Source: a virus
Lineage: Duplodnaviria > Caudoviricetes
Reading direction: 5' to 3' (one strand)
DNA length: 64,000 nt
IMG/VR virus record: IMGVR_UViG_3300037067_015585
Location: 32,001 to 96,000 of that record
Part shown: positions 47,548-57,328 of the stretch, one piece after another
Layout: the number at the start of each line of letters is the position of its first letter
Position numbering within the stretch: position 1 is the stretch's first letter
The notes under the pieces: generated by a model
Database searches by the model: none
What the model saw: only the letters and a program-made list of their open reading frames with translations
What the model was told of the DNA's origin: nothing
Position numbers and translations under genes: made by a program

Positions 47548-50403
47548 TTATGATGTAAGTCCTGCAACAACACCGCCAGCAGCCAAAACTTCTTCTGAAG
47601 TGAAGGATGCCGAAGATTGCATTACAACAAGGTTCAGTACGATAAATTCAACCGTACGCGTCGGCTTGAGGAAGACTGATATCCACAACTGATTAAGATC
47701 GCGTCTGGTTGGCGTGTTGTTCGTCGCATCGCAAACAACATTAAAAGCATCGAGCCCACGCCGTGCTGCGACATCAGCCAAGAATGGATTAATAAGCGAT
47801 TTAACCCGATTCCATGTCGTTTCGTCATTTGGCTCAAAAACAAATGTTCTTAATGTCTCGATCAGGTTCTTCTTCAAGTAAATCAACAACATCCTGACAT
47901 TAACTCTATCAAGTGCTGTCTCAGTTCTTTGAAGCGTACGCTGGCCAAAGATTACGATGCCATCCTTGGGGAACGATACTAGTGGATTAACGGCATTGCC
48001 GCTACCATACAATAGATCGCGTTCACCTTGGCTTGGATTATATTCAACCTTTAATGCTGTTCTCAAAACACCACGGTTCACGCCAGCAGGGGCAAACCAT
48101 TGTTCTGCAACATTTGCTGTATTAGCAAAAACTCCAGCTGCATGACCAGATGGCGGAATCCAGATGTTTTGGGCACTGTATTGGTCGTATATTTCAACCC
48201 AACCCCAGTACAATGCACCGTAGCTGCTATTGATAGCCGTAGACAAATCAGAAAGCAGCATGCCGTTGTGCCAATCAACAACTTGTTGCGGTCTGAGCCC
48301 AAAAGGAGGATCAACGATGTACAAAACATCGCCACGGCTCTCGCACAATTGCAAGCCTTGACCGATAACAGCACCTGATGTCATACCTGGTATGACCAGC
48401 AAATTGATATCATAAGTCTCAGAATTCTGAATGCTATACATGCCGCTTGAAGAGGCAGCATTACCGATGATGGCTGCATCCAATTCGCTCGAGTATGCTG
48501 GATCTATTGGGATACCATTGGCACCACCACTGAAAACGTGGCTCGATAATTGTGCTGGTTGACGCACTTCGTAAGTTGATGCGTCTGCTGGGTCATTATT
48601 CAAGAATGACGGTCGCTCTTCCCAATTGACAAAATTGTCTCCATTCACACCGCCAAGTGTCGTGCCAGGATTCAAAATATTGCCAACATATCTCGCATCA
48701 GTCTTATCAAAACTGATGTTCTGGACAGTATTAGCAACAGCACCATTTTTGTCGGTAATTACTAATTGATATCTAGCAGCCGCACGGCTGGAGATTTGTG
48801 TCTGCAATGAAAGAGTCAACTTGTAATCATCTAACCAAGTTCCGGCACTAGTAGCAACAAACCAGCCAACAACGTTTTGGAAGTATGCTGCATCAAGTGC
48901 ACATTGTGGACCACTGGGATCTTGTTCGCAAGACAATGGTACAGATGGCGTAATTTCACCAGTGTTGGGAAGCGCATTTCGGCTATCATAAAAACCACGA
49001 TATGCCTTAGTATAAGGCGCAAGTATCCCAATCTCTTCAGCGAACATCAATGTCTTAAGGTGAGAATAACTAGCCTTAAGTTGAAGTTGATCGAGTCGAT
49101 GCGTATCTGACGTCATGATTACGACATGCGAAGTACCACCTGGTGCCGTGATCGCAAACGACGTAAAGTACGTCTCGCCAGATTGAACACCGTTGCTATT
49201 GATCGCAGAAGCTATTGTCGCGGCTGTGATGTTCGTCCCAACCGGCATTCCAAAAACAATATTGGTTGTAGCACTTCCATCTGCAGCAATCACATCAAGT
49301 GAGATACGATTGCTTTGAGTGTTTATGAAGTATGGCTCTGCGTCCGTTCCAATCAAATAGCTACGCGGAATATCATAAGCGTACTGCTGCACGCCGATCT
49401 CGTAGGCAAAAGAACATGAACCAACAAGCTGAATGCGTGCACCAGAAACCTTTGTACGGAATTCTGGATATTCGACGTCATCAGTAGTAATGACTGCAGC
49501 GACGTAATCCTCAGAGGCCACAAGTAAGTTAATTGCATTAACAAATGCTGTAGCCGTGGTATATGTCGCTGTCGGCATCACATATGTATTTCCGACACCG
49601 TTTACTTCGACCTGGAACGATTTGTTGTATGGCTTGGCCACAAACAAGAACATATCATTCGCATCTAAACGACCACTAGTAACAAGAATGTTGCATACTA
49701 GCCCATCACCGATATCAATATTGTGACTTACACCAGTCATTTTTTCTTCCAAGACACCACTCACCATCAGTGCGCTATCGGAAGAGCGTACGACTTTGAA
49801 AGCTGCACCTTTCATAGAATAACCATCATCTGGAGCACCAGTGATGTACACAGCATAGGTATCTTCAGTGCAACCTGTGTAACTGTCGCTAAGATCTGTC
49901 TCACCAGAGAATTGTAACGTTGCGTCAGATGGGCCATCTGTAACTGATGTACTGACATCAGTGTACGTGATATCTGCAACACCAGCCGCATGAAAAGAAA
50001 CTGGTGTTGTGGAAGATATGGCATGCATCACTATGCTACCATAATCAATCCCGGTAAAAACAGGAATTCGATTCCACCCATTCAAGCGGCTACCGGAAGT
50101 ATCAATGCAAACGTCGCTAAGGCCGGTTGGCTGCCCTTCTTGACATTCGATGCCGACGCGTACAATGTATGCTTGGTCGCTATTTACTAAATATTCTAGT
50201 ACAGCATACATCAAATAGCTATCGACAAATGGCTCACCAAATGTGTCAATAGCCTGCTGTGGACCACTAACGAAAATAGGTGTATTCAAGGGGCCTTTAC
50301 TGGCAGTACCGATGAATGCAGCACGAAGTGGGCCAGAACCACCTGTCACGTTGCTAATGTCTATTTCCCTTGGGTAAACACCCGGACTCAGATATGTGGC
50401 CAT
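47548..50403 (-). CDS. Tail sheath protein, gp18-like
   Basis: YLSPGVYPREID, KGP, WIPPSG, WFAPAG, GQRTLQ...LDRVNVR, FEPND, CDATNN. Confidence 0.96.
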   Translation of the reverse strand: MATYLSPGVYPREIDISNVTGGSGPLRAAFIGTASKGPLNTPIFVSGPQQAIDTFGEPFVDSYLMYAVLEYLVNSDQAYIVRVGIECQEGQPTGLSDVCIDTSGSRLNGWNRIPVFTGIDYGSIVMHAISSTTPVSFHAAGVADITYTDVSTSVTDGPSDATLQFSGETDLSDSYTGCTEDTYAVYITGAPDDGYSMKGAAFKVVRSSDSALMVSGVLEEKMTGVSHNIDIGDGLVCNILVTSGRLDANDMFLFVAKPYNKSFQVEVNGVGNTYVMPTATYTTATAFVNAINLLVASEDYVAAVITTDDVEYPEFRTKVSGARIQLVGSCSFAYEIGVQQYAYDIPRSYLIGTDAEPYFINTQSNRISLDVIAADGSATTNIVFGMPVGTNITAATIASAINSNGVQSGETYFTSFAITAPGGTSHVVIMTSDTHRLDQLQLKASYSHLKTLMFAEEIGILAPYTKAYRGFYDSRNALPNTGEITPSVPLSCEQDPSGPQCALDAAYFQNVVGWFVATSAGTWLDDYKLTLSLQTQISSRAAARYQLVITDKNGAVANTVQNISFDKTDARYVGNILNPGTTLGGVNGDNFVNWEERPSFLNNDPADASTYEVRQPAQLSSHVFSGGANGIPIDPAYSSELDAAIIGNAASSSGMYSIQNSETYDINLLVIPGMTSGAVIGQGLQLCESRGDVLYIVDPPFGLRPQQVVDWHNGMLLSDLSTAINSSYGALYWGWVEIYDQYSAQNIWIPPSGHAAGVFANTANVAEQWFAPAGVNRGVLRTALKVEYNPSQGERDLLYGSGNAVNPLVSFPKDGIVIFGQRTLQRTETALDRVNVRMLLIYLKKNLIETLRTFVFEPNDETTWNRVKSLINPFLADVAARRGLDAFNVVCDATNNTPTRRDLNQLWISVFLKPTRTVEFIVLNLVVMQSSASFTSEEVLAAGGVVAGLTS

Positions 50404-50493
50404 TTGTCATCTCCATAGTTAATAATCAAACTATGGTAGATTTGCCAACAACCACATAAAACATTAACGAATGATAATTTTTAAATAGCCTTA

Positions 50494-50748
50494 CTAATTG
50501 ACGGCGGACGTTTTCTCGCTGTCATGCAGAATTTTAATCATACGTCTCGTAGTCAAATTAGATATCTGAGACTCATTTAAAAAACTCTTAGGCAGCCGTA
50601 CAGTCTTGCCAGACTTTAAATATATTGTCTGTTCATGTAGAAAGAAATCACCACCAGGTGGCTTAACAGAAATTGGTATCATCTGCTTACTACTGTTGTA
50701 AATCTGGACAACATGATTAGTTTCTTTAATATGTGATTGTTGCTTCAT
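50494..50748 (-). CDS. Small hypothetical protein
   Basis: GAGGTG RBS; sits between the gp15-like and sheath genes. Confidence 0.65.
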   Translation of the reverse strand: MKQQSHIKETNHVVQIYNSSKQMIPISVKPPGGDFFLHEQTIYLKSGKTVRLPKSFLNESQISNLTTRRMIKILHDSEKTSAVN

Positions 50749-50815
50749 TCGATCACCTCGATGTAATGCTAAATATTATTTACACCTGAAATAACTTATT
50801 ATTTACGATCTTAAA

Positions 50816-51652
50816 CTAGCTTATAATGCCACCACGACCAATCAGATATTGACTATTTGTAGATAGTTCTTTAACAGATGTTACACGCCCAAGTATTGTG
50901 GGTACTATAAGCTCTGGTAGTGGTAGCCATGCTTCGGCTGTCATAGAAAATTCATATCGCGTTTTAGCTTTTTGGTCGAATCCTGCTTCCTTTTCGCTAG
51001 TATCAGAAGACCCTTCAAATCTAAGCTGCACACTGCCACGCATATGCTGATCGCACATCACAAATTCAGCTAGCGGATTAAAGCGTGGTAATATTTGTTC
51101 AAGCGCATAATCAGCTTCATTTTTATATGATGCCCATACCGTAAGCGTATATTTTACCAAGAATGGTACTGGCCTTCTTATTAAGGCGACTCGATCCATT
51201 CTTGTACTAGTATATCTGCGAGCTATGGCTGCTGCTGGAGAACTAAACTTTTGTGGATTGAACTCGTGGCTAATTCTGCTAATAGACGCGACAGGGAATT
51301 TTACTCTACCGTCTTTAAGCTGATCACGCCATATAAGTATACTTTTATCACCACCAGCTATTTTGACCCTCATAAACCTATATGAGTCTTTTGTAGGTAT
51401 CCTGATGCCAGACCAATACGTTTTCATTGCTTCATCAAGAGCACGAAAACCTGGCATTAAAAATTCTTGAATATATTCTGGTTGTGTTCCTAATGGCTCA
51501 CCATAAATCTTAGATCGACCACCCTGAACATCACTACTCTGTGCAACCCCGATAGGTATACGGTCTATAAATGGATTTAACTCAGGACCAGGTATTGGTT
51601 GAGATGTCCTCTCTCGTTCTAGTACATTCGGTGTGAATTCGTGGATAGCCAT
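50816..51652 (-). CDS. Tail terminator / sheath stabiliser, gp15-like
   Basis: FPVASISR, PVPF.V.Y.L..W, LEQILPRFNP. Confidence 0.8.
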   Translation of the reverse strand: MAIHEFTPNVLERERTSQPIPGPELNPFIDRIPIGVAQSSDVQGGRSKIYGEPLGTQPEYIQEFLMPGFRALDEAMKTYWSGIRIPTKDSYRFMRVKIAGGDKSILIWRDQLKDGRVKFPVASISRISHEFNPQKFSSPAAAIARRYTSTRMDRVALIRRPVPFLVKYTLTVWASYKNEADYALEQILPRFNPLAEFVMCDQHMRGSVQLRFEGSSDTSEKEAGFDQKAKTRYEFSMTAEAWLPLPELIVPTILGRVTSVKELSTNSQYLIGRGGIIS

Positions 51653-51662
51653 ATTGTATTTT

Positions 51663-51986
51663 CTAATTCAAAAATGCTGCCAAATTGCCTGGAACAATAC
51701 CACTGCACGTACCAGACGAAGATGCACCAAAACGATTCATCAAATTTTTGAATTGTTGTTCTATTTTAGCTCTATCTTGTCTATCGACCCAATCGTTTAT
51801 ATTCAATGATATTAAAGATCCATTTGCAACCTGTTTTATCGACACGCTAACGCTATCTTTATCACCAATCTTCTCTAATTCACTACGTATACGATCGCGA
51901 AATGAGCTAGAAATTTTGCCTGATTTGGCATCAAGATCTAGTCCAATTTGACCAATCAATTCTCTCGGATCTGTAAACTCTTTCAT
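51663..51986 (-). CDS. Hypothetical protein
   Basis: 107-aa ORF in the neck operon. Confidence 0.55.
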   Translation of the reverse strand: MKEFTDPRELIGQIGLDLDAKSGKISSSFRDRIRSELEKIGDKDSVSVSIKQVANGSLISLNINDWVDRQDRAKIEQQFKNLMNRFGASSSGTCSGIVPGNLAAFLN

Positions 51987-51992
51987 TTAGTT

Positions 51993-52592
51993 TTAGCTGA
52001 CCTCATCGGTATATTCCTCAATTGTCTGAACCATGTCTTGCGCTGGTCGAAGATTTATGTCACCGACTATCAATGTAGCTTGACATTTGAGATATAACCA
52101 AGTATACCTAAAGTTTCCTGTTTCTTGAGCATTATCGATCGCATAGTATTTTGGTTTTTGTTGTGATTGTGAACGATACGGTACCTCTACAAGATCACCA
52201 ACCCTAAATAATCTAATTGGAGAAACGTCAGATACTTGTTCTAATGCAAAAACGATCTCAACCTTATTAGCCGAATCTACACCCCATAATGTTAATTCGT
52301 ACTCCAATGGCTGTGGTACAAAGAACCCCTTAATACTGACTGGATTCCAATATGTGGGGTTCGGATCTTCATCAAACACTTTATCATGATCGGAATTATT
52401 GGTTCGCATGTGTATCAATGTGTCCGCACCATTGACTTGCACCATCTCTAGTGCTATCTTCTTCGCTAGTGTGATATCAGATGAATTTACATCGCTAGCA
52501 CGGAATAATGGATTGCTTTGTTCGACACCACTACGAAAATCTGGTTGCCCGGCACCGGGCTGTTCAGTCATCGAACTAAAGCTATATATCAT
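51993..52592 (-). CDS. Neck protein / head closure, gp14-like
   Basis: E.V..NG, DKVFDEDP, L..WG.D, RVGDLV pattern; typical position. Confidence 0.65.
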   Translation of the reverse strand: MIYSFSSMTEQPGAGQPDFRSGVEQSNPLFRASDVNSSDITLAKKIALEMVQVNGADTLIHMRTNNSDHDKVFDEDPNPTYWNPVSIKGFFVPQPLEYELTLWGVDSANKVEIVFALEQVSDVSPIRLFRVGDLVEVPYRSQSQQKPKYYAIDNAQETGNFRYTWLYLKCQATLIVGDINLRPAQDMVQTIEEYTDEVS

Positions 52593-52601
52593 GTGTTTCT
52601 C

Positions 52602-53144
52602 TTACATCGACAAAGGAAAATCATCTGCTAGTCCAGGCTCTGATCGAATTTCTCTTGGATCGTTGCCATAATAATATGGCCCAAAGAGGAGTGATGGTGT
52701 AATACCAAAAATTTCACCTTCTGGAGTATATCGCTTGACTGGTGGTGGCAATTGCTCTTTGTAATTCTTAGCTGGACACCATCCCTGATCTAGCGTCTCG
52801 CAGTCTGGCCGTTGTTTATTGTGTATAGGTTCTTCATTTCCGCCAAGACTTCGAAGTATAGCATAATAATCTGGCATCGGAGTACATTCACACTCTGGAT
52901 AATATGGTGGTAACACAAACCACTTCTTACTTGATCCGTTTGATTGCCCGTTGTTAATCTGCCATTCGACTGTTGATCCAGGTATAGCAGCCAGCGCAAC
53001 ACGCAATTTCACATATGTGCTTTTACAATTACGCAGATAAGATAAGCTAGAAGTCGTAAATGATGCTTCTGGCTCGCAACCAGGTATGGCAACACTATCA
53101 GGTCCAACCACTTCGAGCTTATTAGCTATATAAATTTGTCGCAT
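52602..53144 (-). CDS. Cys/Pro-rich hypothetical protein
   Basis: 180-aa ORF with a GAGG RBS. Confidence 0.6.
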   Translation of the reverse strand: MRQIYIANKLEVVGPDSVAIPGCEPEASFTTSSLSYLRNCKSTYVKLRVALAAIPGSTVEWQINNGQSNGSSKKWFVLPPYYPECECTPMPDYYAILRSLGGNEEPIHNKQRPDCETLDQGWCPAKNYKEQLPPPVKRYTPEGEIFGITPSLLFGPYYYGNDPREIRSEPGLADDFPLSM

Positions 53145-53172
53145 GATAGCCTCACTCCGGCTATCTTATATT

Positions 53173-54030
53173 TCAGCCAGAATGCATCTTGGCCTCAAGC
53201 CTATCTGCCATTTTATTAATCTTAGCAGTCCACAAGGGCCGACCATAAACTGAATCATATATCCCTAAAAATTCCTCGACTGTAGATGCCATACCAAGCA
53301 ATTTATATTTCGTAGCAGCAAAATCAAACACATCTTCTGGCCCAAATAGTGTAATGAGATGTTGCTTTAATTGCTTCGGACTCATCGTATCACGATGTGC
53401 CCATGTCACTGTAGCATCTGATAGCCATCCTGTTCTCGTCCATGGGTTATCACATGTTGATATCTCTAGAATAATCAAATCGGGGACCTTATCATTAAGA
53501 AAACGTTCTAAATTAGAATCTAGCCAACTCTCTGGCTTTATCGAATTAATTTTGAATGTACCAATCATATAGTCAACAACTGGCTCTTCACTCTCACCTA
53601 TGTGCCCGGCAGATACCGATCCACGCAATCCCTTGTTTGAAATCAGCTGATCTGCTTTCTCTTTTATATTTCTCAATCTAGCAATAGCTTCACCAACCGA
53701 AGCAGTAATAAAGAAATCATCTATACCGAGTATGCCAGCTAAATTCTTTTTACCAGATCCACTAATATCGCTTGGAATCTGTATTCTTACACGATCATCA
53801 TCCTCTATTGTGATCATTATAGTCTGAGAGTCTCTAGTAAGTGCGTTCTGGCCAGCTTCTATGTAAACTATAGCATCATCGGCTGGATCTTCAGCTGGTT
53901 TCATGTTTGGTTTACGAAAGCCTATATGTTTTAAAGCTATTACCAATTGGCTAGCTAAAGAATTCTTTAGCTTAGTTATATCGCCCATCTCAGACGCTGC
54001 AGTTCCTTCTGATAGCAACAATAATTTCAT
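53173..54030 (-). CDS. Hypothetical protein, possibly an internal head protein
   Basis: 285 aa; starts MKLLLLSE, an L-x-E leader. Confidence 0.55.
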   Translation of the reverse strand: MKLLLLSEGTAASEMGDITKLKNSLASQLVIALKHIGFRKPNMKPAEDPADDAIVYIEAGQNALTRDSQTIMITIEDDDRVRIQIPSDISGSGKKNLAGILGIDDFFITASVGEAIARLRNIKEKADQLISNKGLRGSVSAGHIGESEEPVVDYMIGTFKINSIKPESWLDSNLERFLNDKVPDLIILEISTCDNPWTRTGWLSDATVTWAHRDTMSPKQLKQHLITLFGPEDVFDFAATKYKLLGMASTVEEFLGIYDSVYGRPLWTAKINKMADRLEAKMHSG

Positions 54031-54054
54031 ACTAATAATCCTCTAAATGAATGA

Positions 54055-54447
54055 CTAATTAACTTTGATAGTCAAAGGAACAATAAATAAAACATGTGTT
54101 GGCTCACCAGACAAAAATGTATTATCAGGATGAGGGTCAAACACGTATTCAAAACCATTATACACAGTTTTAGCTATAACACTGTGAATTCGCCCTTCCT
54201 TTCTAGGACTAACTCCGCTTAATATACATATACACCCATCAGACCACAATAAACATTTGGCATCTAATCGAATTTCTATAGCGCAAAATCCTCTCTTTCT
54301 CAGCCAATCTTGAAAACCTCCCCACCAGTCTGATGGTAAACGGCAGAAGTCAGGAATATCATTTAATGATAATTCAAAAAGAGATGCTATGCAAGCAGAA
54401 AAGCAATTGCCGTAATCACCAAATGCAGTTTGTTTAACTTCAATCAT
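54055..54447 (-). CDS. Small papain-fold (C39-like) protein
   Basis: Q...GNCFSACIAS, HSVI, DPHP (Cys-His-Asp). Confidence 0.55.
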   Translation of the reverse strand: MIEVKQTAFGDYGNCFSACIASLFELSLNDIPDFCRLPSDWWGGFQDWLRKRGFCAIEIRLDAKCLLWSDGCICILSGVSPRKEGRIHSVIAKTVYNGFEYVFDPHPDNTFLSGEPTHVLFIVPLTIKVN

Positions 54448-54783
54448 TTTTCAAAGTATTCGTCTATCGAAGACAAATCAACGCCTTTATGTCCTCCACC
54501 GACTAAAAAGCAATCCCAGCCAAGTTTATCACAAAGTACCTTCAATGCATCAATCTTAGCAATATTCTGCGGGTGTTGTTGCAATTTTGTCATTCCAGTT
54601 GGGAACAAGTAGTAGCGTTAAAATTGGATTCGTTAAATGCTGTGATTTCATTTGACAAAGAAGGTATTAAAGTCTATCTAGGGAAATGTCATATGTATTT
54701 CCCAGATTTTGTAATCAGAACTCAATCTAAAACTGTGGTTATAAAGGTAAAATCATCGAAAAAGCAATTCAAATAGGTTGTTA
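54444..54783 (-). pseudogene. TnsA/gp4-like PD-(D/E)xK endonuclease gene broken by an internal inversion
   Basis: SSWE...YFPDF...IKVK is on the plus strand (54594-54754). The flanks NCFFD and TKLQQHPQNIAKIDALKVLCDKLGWDCF are on the minus strand. Confidence 0.75.
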
Positions 54784-55548
54784 TTAGCCTGCTTTCACGA
54801 TCGGCATTGGTTCTCCCAAATGAACGGCTTTTTCTATTATTGCCGCTTTCTCTTCTTTACCCTCCGCCGCTAACGCCTCTCCATCAAGTGCAAGGCTGCC
54901 ACCATCGGGCATAGGTATACCAGCGATTTTCCTACGTGCAGCACCAACCATTATTTTGGTTTCAGCAAGCAACATCTCAGAAGCCAACAATCTTGCCTGC
55001 GGACTCCTAAAATGCGTAACAGTTGGATAATATAATACAGTTACCGGGAATGCACCTTTGGGCGTCGGATAAAGTCTGATTAATTGATTGCCTGGTCCAT
55101 CGCCGCCTTCATTAATCACTTCCCAATGCCCGACAGTTCCAAGTATTTGTTGTGATGACCGTCTATATGCTTGAAGAAGATAATAGTCAGTAAGAATGTT
55201 CTGAACACCAGAAATATTGCCAATGTTGAAGAGGAAACTTTCTGCACCAAACACATCATCTATACGTGTCGTCACTGGATCCCATTGAACTTCCTGAATC
55301 CAATAGGCATCATCTGGCATTGCATAAGTTGGAACTAACGGTTCTGTATAAAAAACCGCCAGTTTCTGTTCTCTAGGAAAATAACCAGCTATGAAATCGC
55401 AAGTAACACGCAATGCTACTTCGAATTGTTGCTCTGTTATTTCGACATTAACCGCTGGAGAACCAAGTTGAGCCAAACAATATGCCTTCATAGGGTCGGC
55501 ATTTAGCTTCAACACAACAGGAAGATCGTTTGGTCCAATTATAGCCAT
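54784..55548 (-). CDS. Neck protein / head-tail adaptor, gp13-like
   Basis: YCLAQLGSPAVNVEITEQQ, RLYPTP, RRKIAGIPMPDGG.L.LDG. Confidence 0.85.
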   Translation of the reverse strand: MAIIGPNDLPVVLKLNADPMKAYCLAQLGSPAVNVEITEQQFEVALRVTCDFIAGYFPREQKLAVFYTEPLVPTYAMPDDAYWIQEVQWDPVTTRIDDVFGAESFLFNIGNISGVQNILTDYYLLQAYRRSSQQILGTVGHWEVINEGGDGPGNQLIRLYPTPKGAFPVTVLYYPTVTHFRSPQARLLASEMLLAETKIMVGAARRKIAGIPMPDGGSLALDGEALAAEGKEEKAAIIEKAVHLGEPMPIVKAG

Positions 55549-55589
55549 ATTAGTGCTCCGATTCTGTAATATGTTTGAGCACTAATATG
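55546..55589 (-). promoter_or_regulatory. 13-bp perfect hairpin covering the RBS and ATG of the gp13-like gene
   Basis: CATATTAGTGCTC-18 nt-GAGCACTAATATG. Confidence 0.75.
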
Positions 55590-55602
55590 TAATATCTTCA
55601 TC

Positions 55603-56136
55603 TTATGCTGGGAATGTCAAACCAGCGTCACCCCAATTAACATTCTTATAATTGAGTCTGAACAATTCAGGATGCTCACCAGAATCATCAGTAATAGCTG
55701 AAGCTGCAGTGTTCAATAAACCACGAAGGGTTGATACTTCAGAAGTCACAGCAGCAGTTGGGTATCCAGTAGCCCCATCCCACAAACGCGCACCCCTCGG
55801 ACCAGTAAGAACCTCATTTGAATGTATGAGTGTTATCGGTGCAACTGGTTGATCACTAGGATTACTAGTGGCAGTATAGAATCCCTCAATCATGAGCAGT
55901 GATGGATTATTACCAATTTGCGGACGCACACCAGCACCATTAGCAATACTACCAAATTGGTCATTTAACTGATTTTGACCACCACCGGGAACTGGTACTG
56001 TAATTTGTGATACTAATTGTAGCTCATCATATAATTGAGTGCTTAATCGTTGTAGATCCCTGATATAGGTCCACTTACTCTTGCTACGTGCAGGAATAGT
56101 TCGAAAGTAAGCCGTAAATGGTACTAATGATGACAT
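55603..56136 (-). CDS. Hypothetical protein, probably a virion component
   Basis: GGAG RBS before ATG 56136; CAAAGATA motif upstream. Confidence 0.65.
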   Translation of the reverse strand: MSSLVPFTAYFRTIPARSKSKWTYIRDLQRLSTQLYDELQLVSQITVPVPGGGQNQLNDQFGSIANGAGVRPQIGNNPSLLMIEGFYTATSNPSDQPVAPITLIHSNEVLTGPRGARLWDGATGYPTAAVTSEVSTLRGLLNTAASAITDDSGEHPELFRLNYKNVNWGDAGLTFPA

Positions 56137-56238
56137 AATCGTCTCCAATCTGTTTGCAATAAATTATCTTTGGTGGGCAAATATTTTTTATGTATTTGAA
56201 ATGAAAACCAGGTGTTATTCTAAAGGCGATTACAATAA

Positions 56239-56526
56239 ATGACCCACGGCGAAATCAGAGCAGAATCATTCAATAAATTTTCTGCCGCTCTGAACGAAGT
56301 CTTCCCCGGTATCAAATGTGAAATTGATGGGGACATAATAACTTTTGACGATAATGCTATCAAAGTAGAAATGTCCAGTAGCGACATCAATGATGGGTAT
56401 TTCGAAATCTCGAACTATGATAGCTCTAACTTTGGGTCACTGTGGGGAATAAAACCGGTAGTGTCTGTACTGATTACAGAAATATGTAAGGTTAGAAAAC
56501 AAAAACTTCTCAGTAAGTTAAGATGA
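56239..56526 (+). CDS. Hypothetical protein
   Basis: 95-aa ORF. Confidence 0.55.
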   Translation: MTHGEIRAESFNKFSAALNEVFPGIKCEIDGDIITFDDNAIKVEMSSSDINDGYFEISNYDSSNFGSLWGIKPVVSVLITEICKVRKQKLLSKLR

Positions 56527-56838
56527 TTGTTGCGCCTTGCTTACAAGATGCCGCAACATCCACATTGCCAGATTATCGCCATGGTTAATCTTCCTTTTCA
56601 TTGCCTTGATAAATCCCTTATTATTACCATTTTCGTCCGCTATATCACCTAGGTATTTTTCAAATTCATCTGCGTTATCATCTGTTTTGAGAGCTTGTAT
56701 TTTCTCTCTAGTTGCTTCTTTTTCCTCGTCTGTACCTTTACCCCATTTTCTCATTAGGCTTTTCATTGCGACATATAGCCTATCACCAGTCAGTCCTTTG
56801 TTGAGCGCTTCAGTGAGCATTCTGTCGAAATGTCGCAT
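56518..56838 (-). CDS. Hypothetical protein
   Basis: AAGGA RBS; CAAACATA motif upstream. Confidence 0.6.
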   Translation of the reverse strand: MRHFDRMLTEALNKGLTGDRLYVAMKSLMRKWGKGTDEEKEATREKIQALKTDDNADEFEKYLGDIADENGNNKGFIKAMKRKINHGDNLAMWMLRHLVSKAQQSS

Positions 56839-56865
56839 TATTAATCCTTTAAACTATGTTTGGAT

Positions 56866-56900
56866 ACAGAAACAGCGGCTTTTTAGGGCCGCTGTTCTGT
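56866..56900 (-). terminator. Terminator-like hairpin after the 134-aa gene
   Basis: ACAG(A)AACAGCGGC-loop-GCCGCTGTTCTGT inverted repeat. Confidence 0.65.
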
Positions 56901-56923
56901 TGTTCACAATGCCATTAAGGGCA

Positions 56924-57328
56924 TTATACTGGCGGAACGAGTGTGTCGCTCCGCAAATCGCCTTGGAGATCGCGCCCAAGAGCGGATTGGACTTCGGTCA
57001 AGAACTTGTCGCTTCCAATCTGGAAAGCGAAATCGATACCAGGAATATTCTCCTGGGCCGACGCAAACGTCTTGACCTTGTAAAGACCGACCACAATTGG
57101 GAAACCACGATTTGCACCGAAACGTGCCTCGCCCATGTACGGACTAAAATCTTGAAGTGCAGTGTCTCTCGACAGAACACCAACAAGAACTTCTTCACCA
57201 GGGACACTCATGATGAGTGGCCGAAGTCGCTTTGTCAAAGCCGCCACGGATTCGTGACGCAAAGCCTGACGATAGCTTCGTACATTACGAAAGACCGAAA
57301 TAGCTGTATTAGCTGGTTGAGCGCTCAT
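56924..57328 (-). CDS. Probably highly expressed small virion protein
   Basis: AGGAG RBS, capsid-like C/G-ending codons, own promoter-like motif and hairpin. Confidence 0.6.
   Translation of the reverse strand: MSAQPANTAISVFRNVRSYRQALRHESVAALTKRLRPLIMSVPGEEVLVGVLSRDTALQDFSPYMGEARFGANRGFPIVVGLYKVKTFASAQENIPGIDFAFQIGSDKFLTEVQSALGRDLQGDLRSDTLVPPV

Noticed and set aside
54580-54770. Recombinase-driven phase-variable switch
   Set aside because: The inverted repeats are short and imperfect, there is no invertase in the window, and re-inversion would still leave a frameshift and an E-to-K change.
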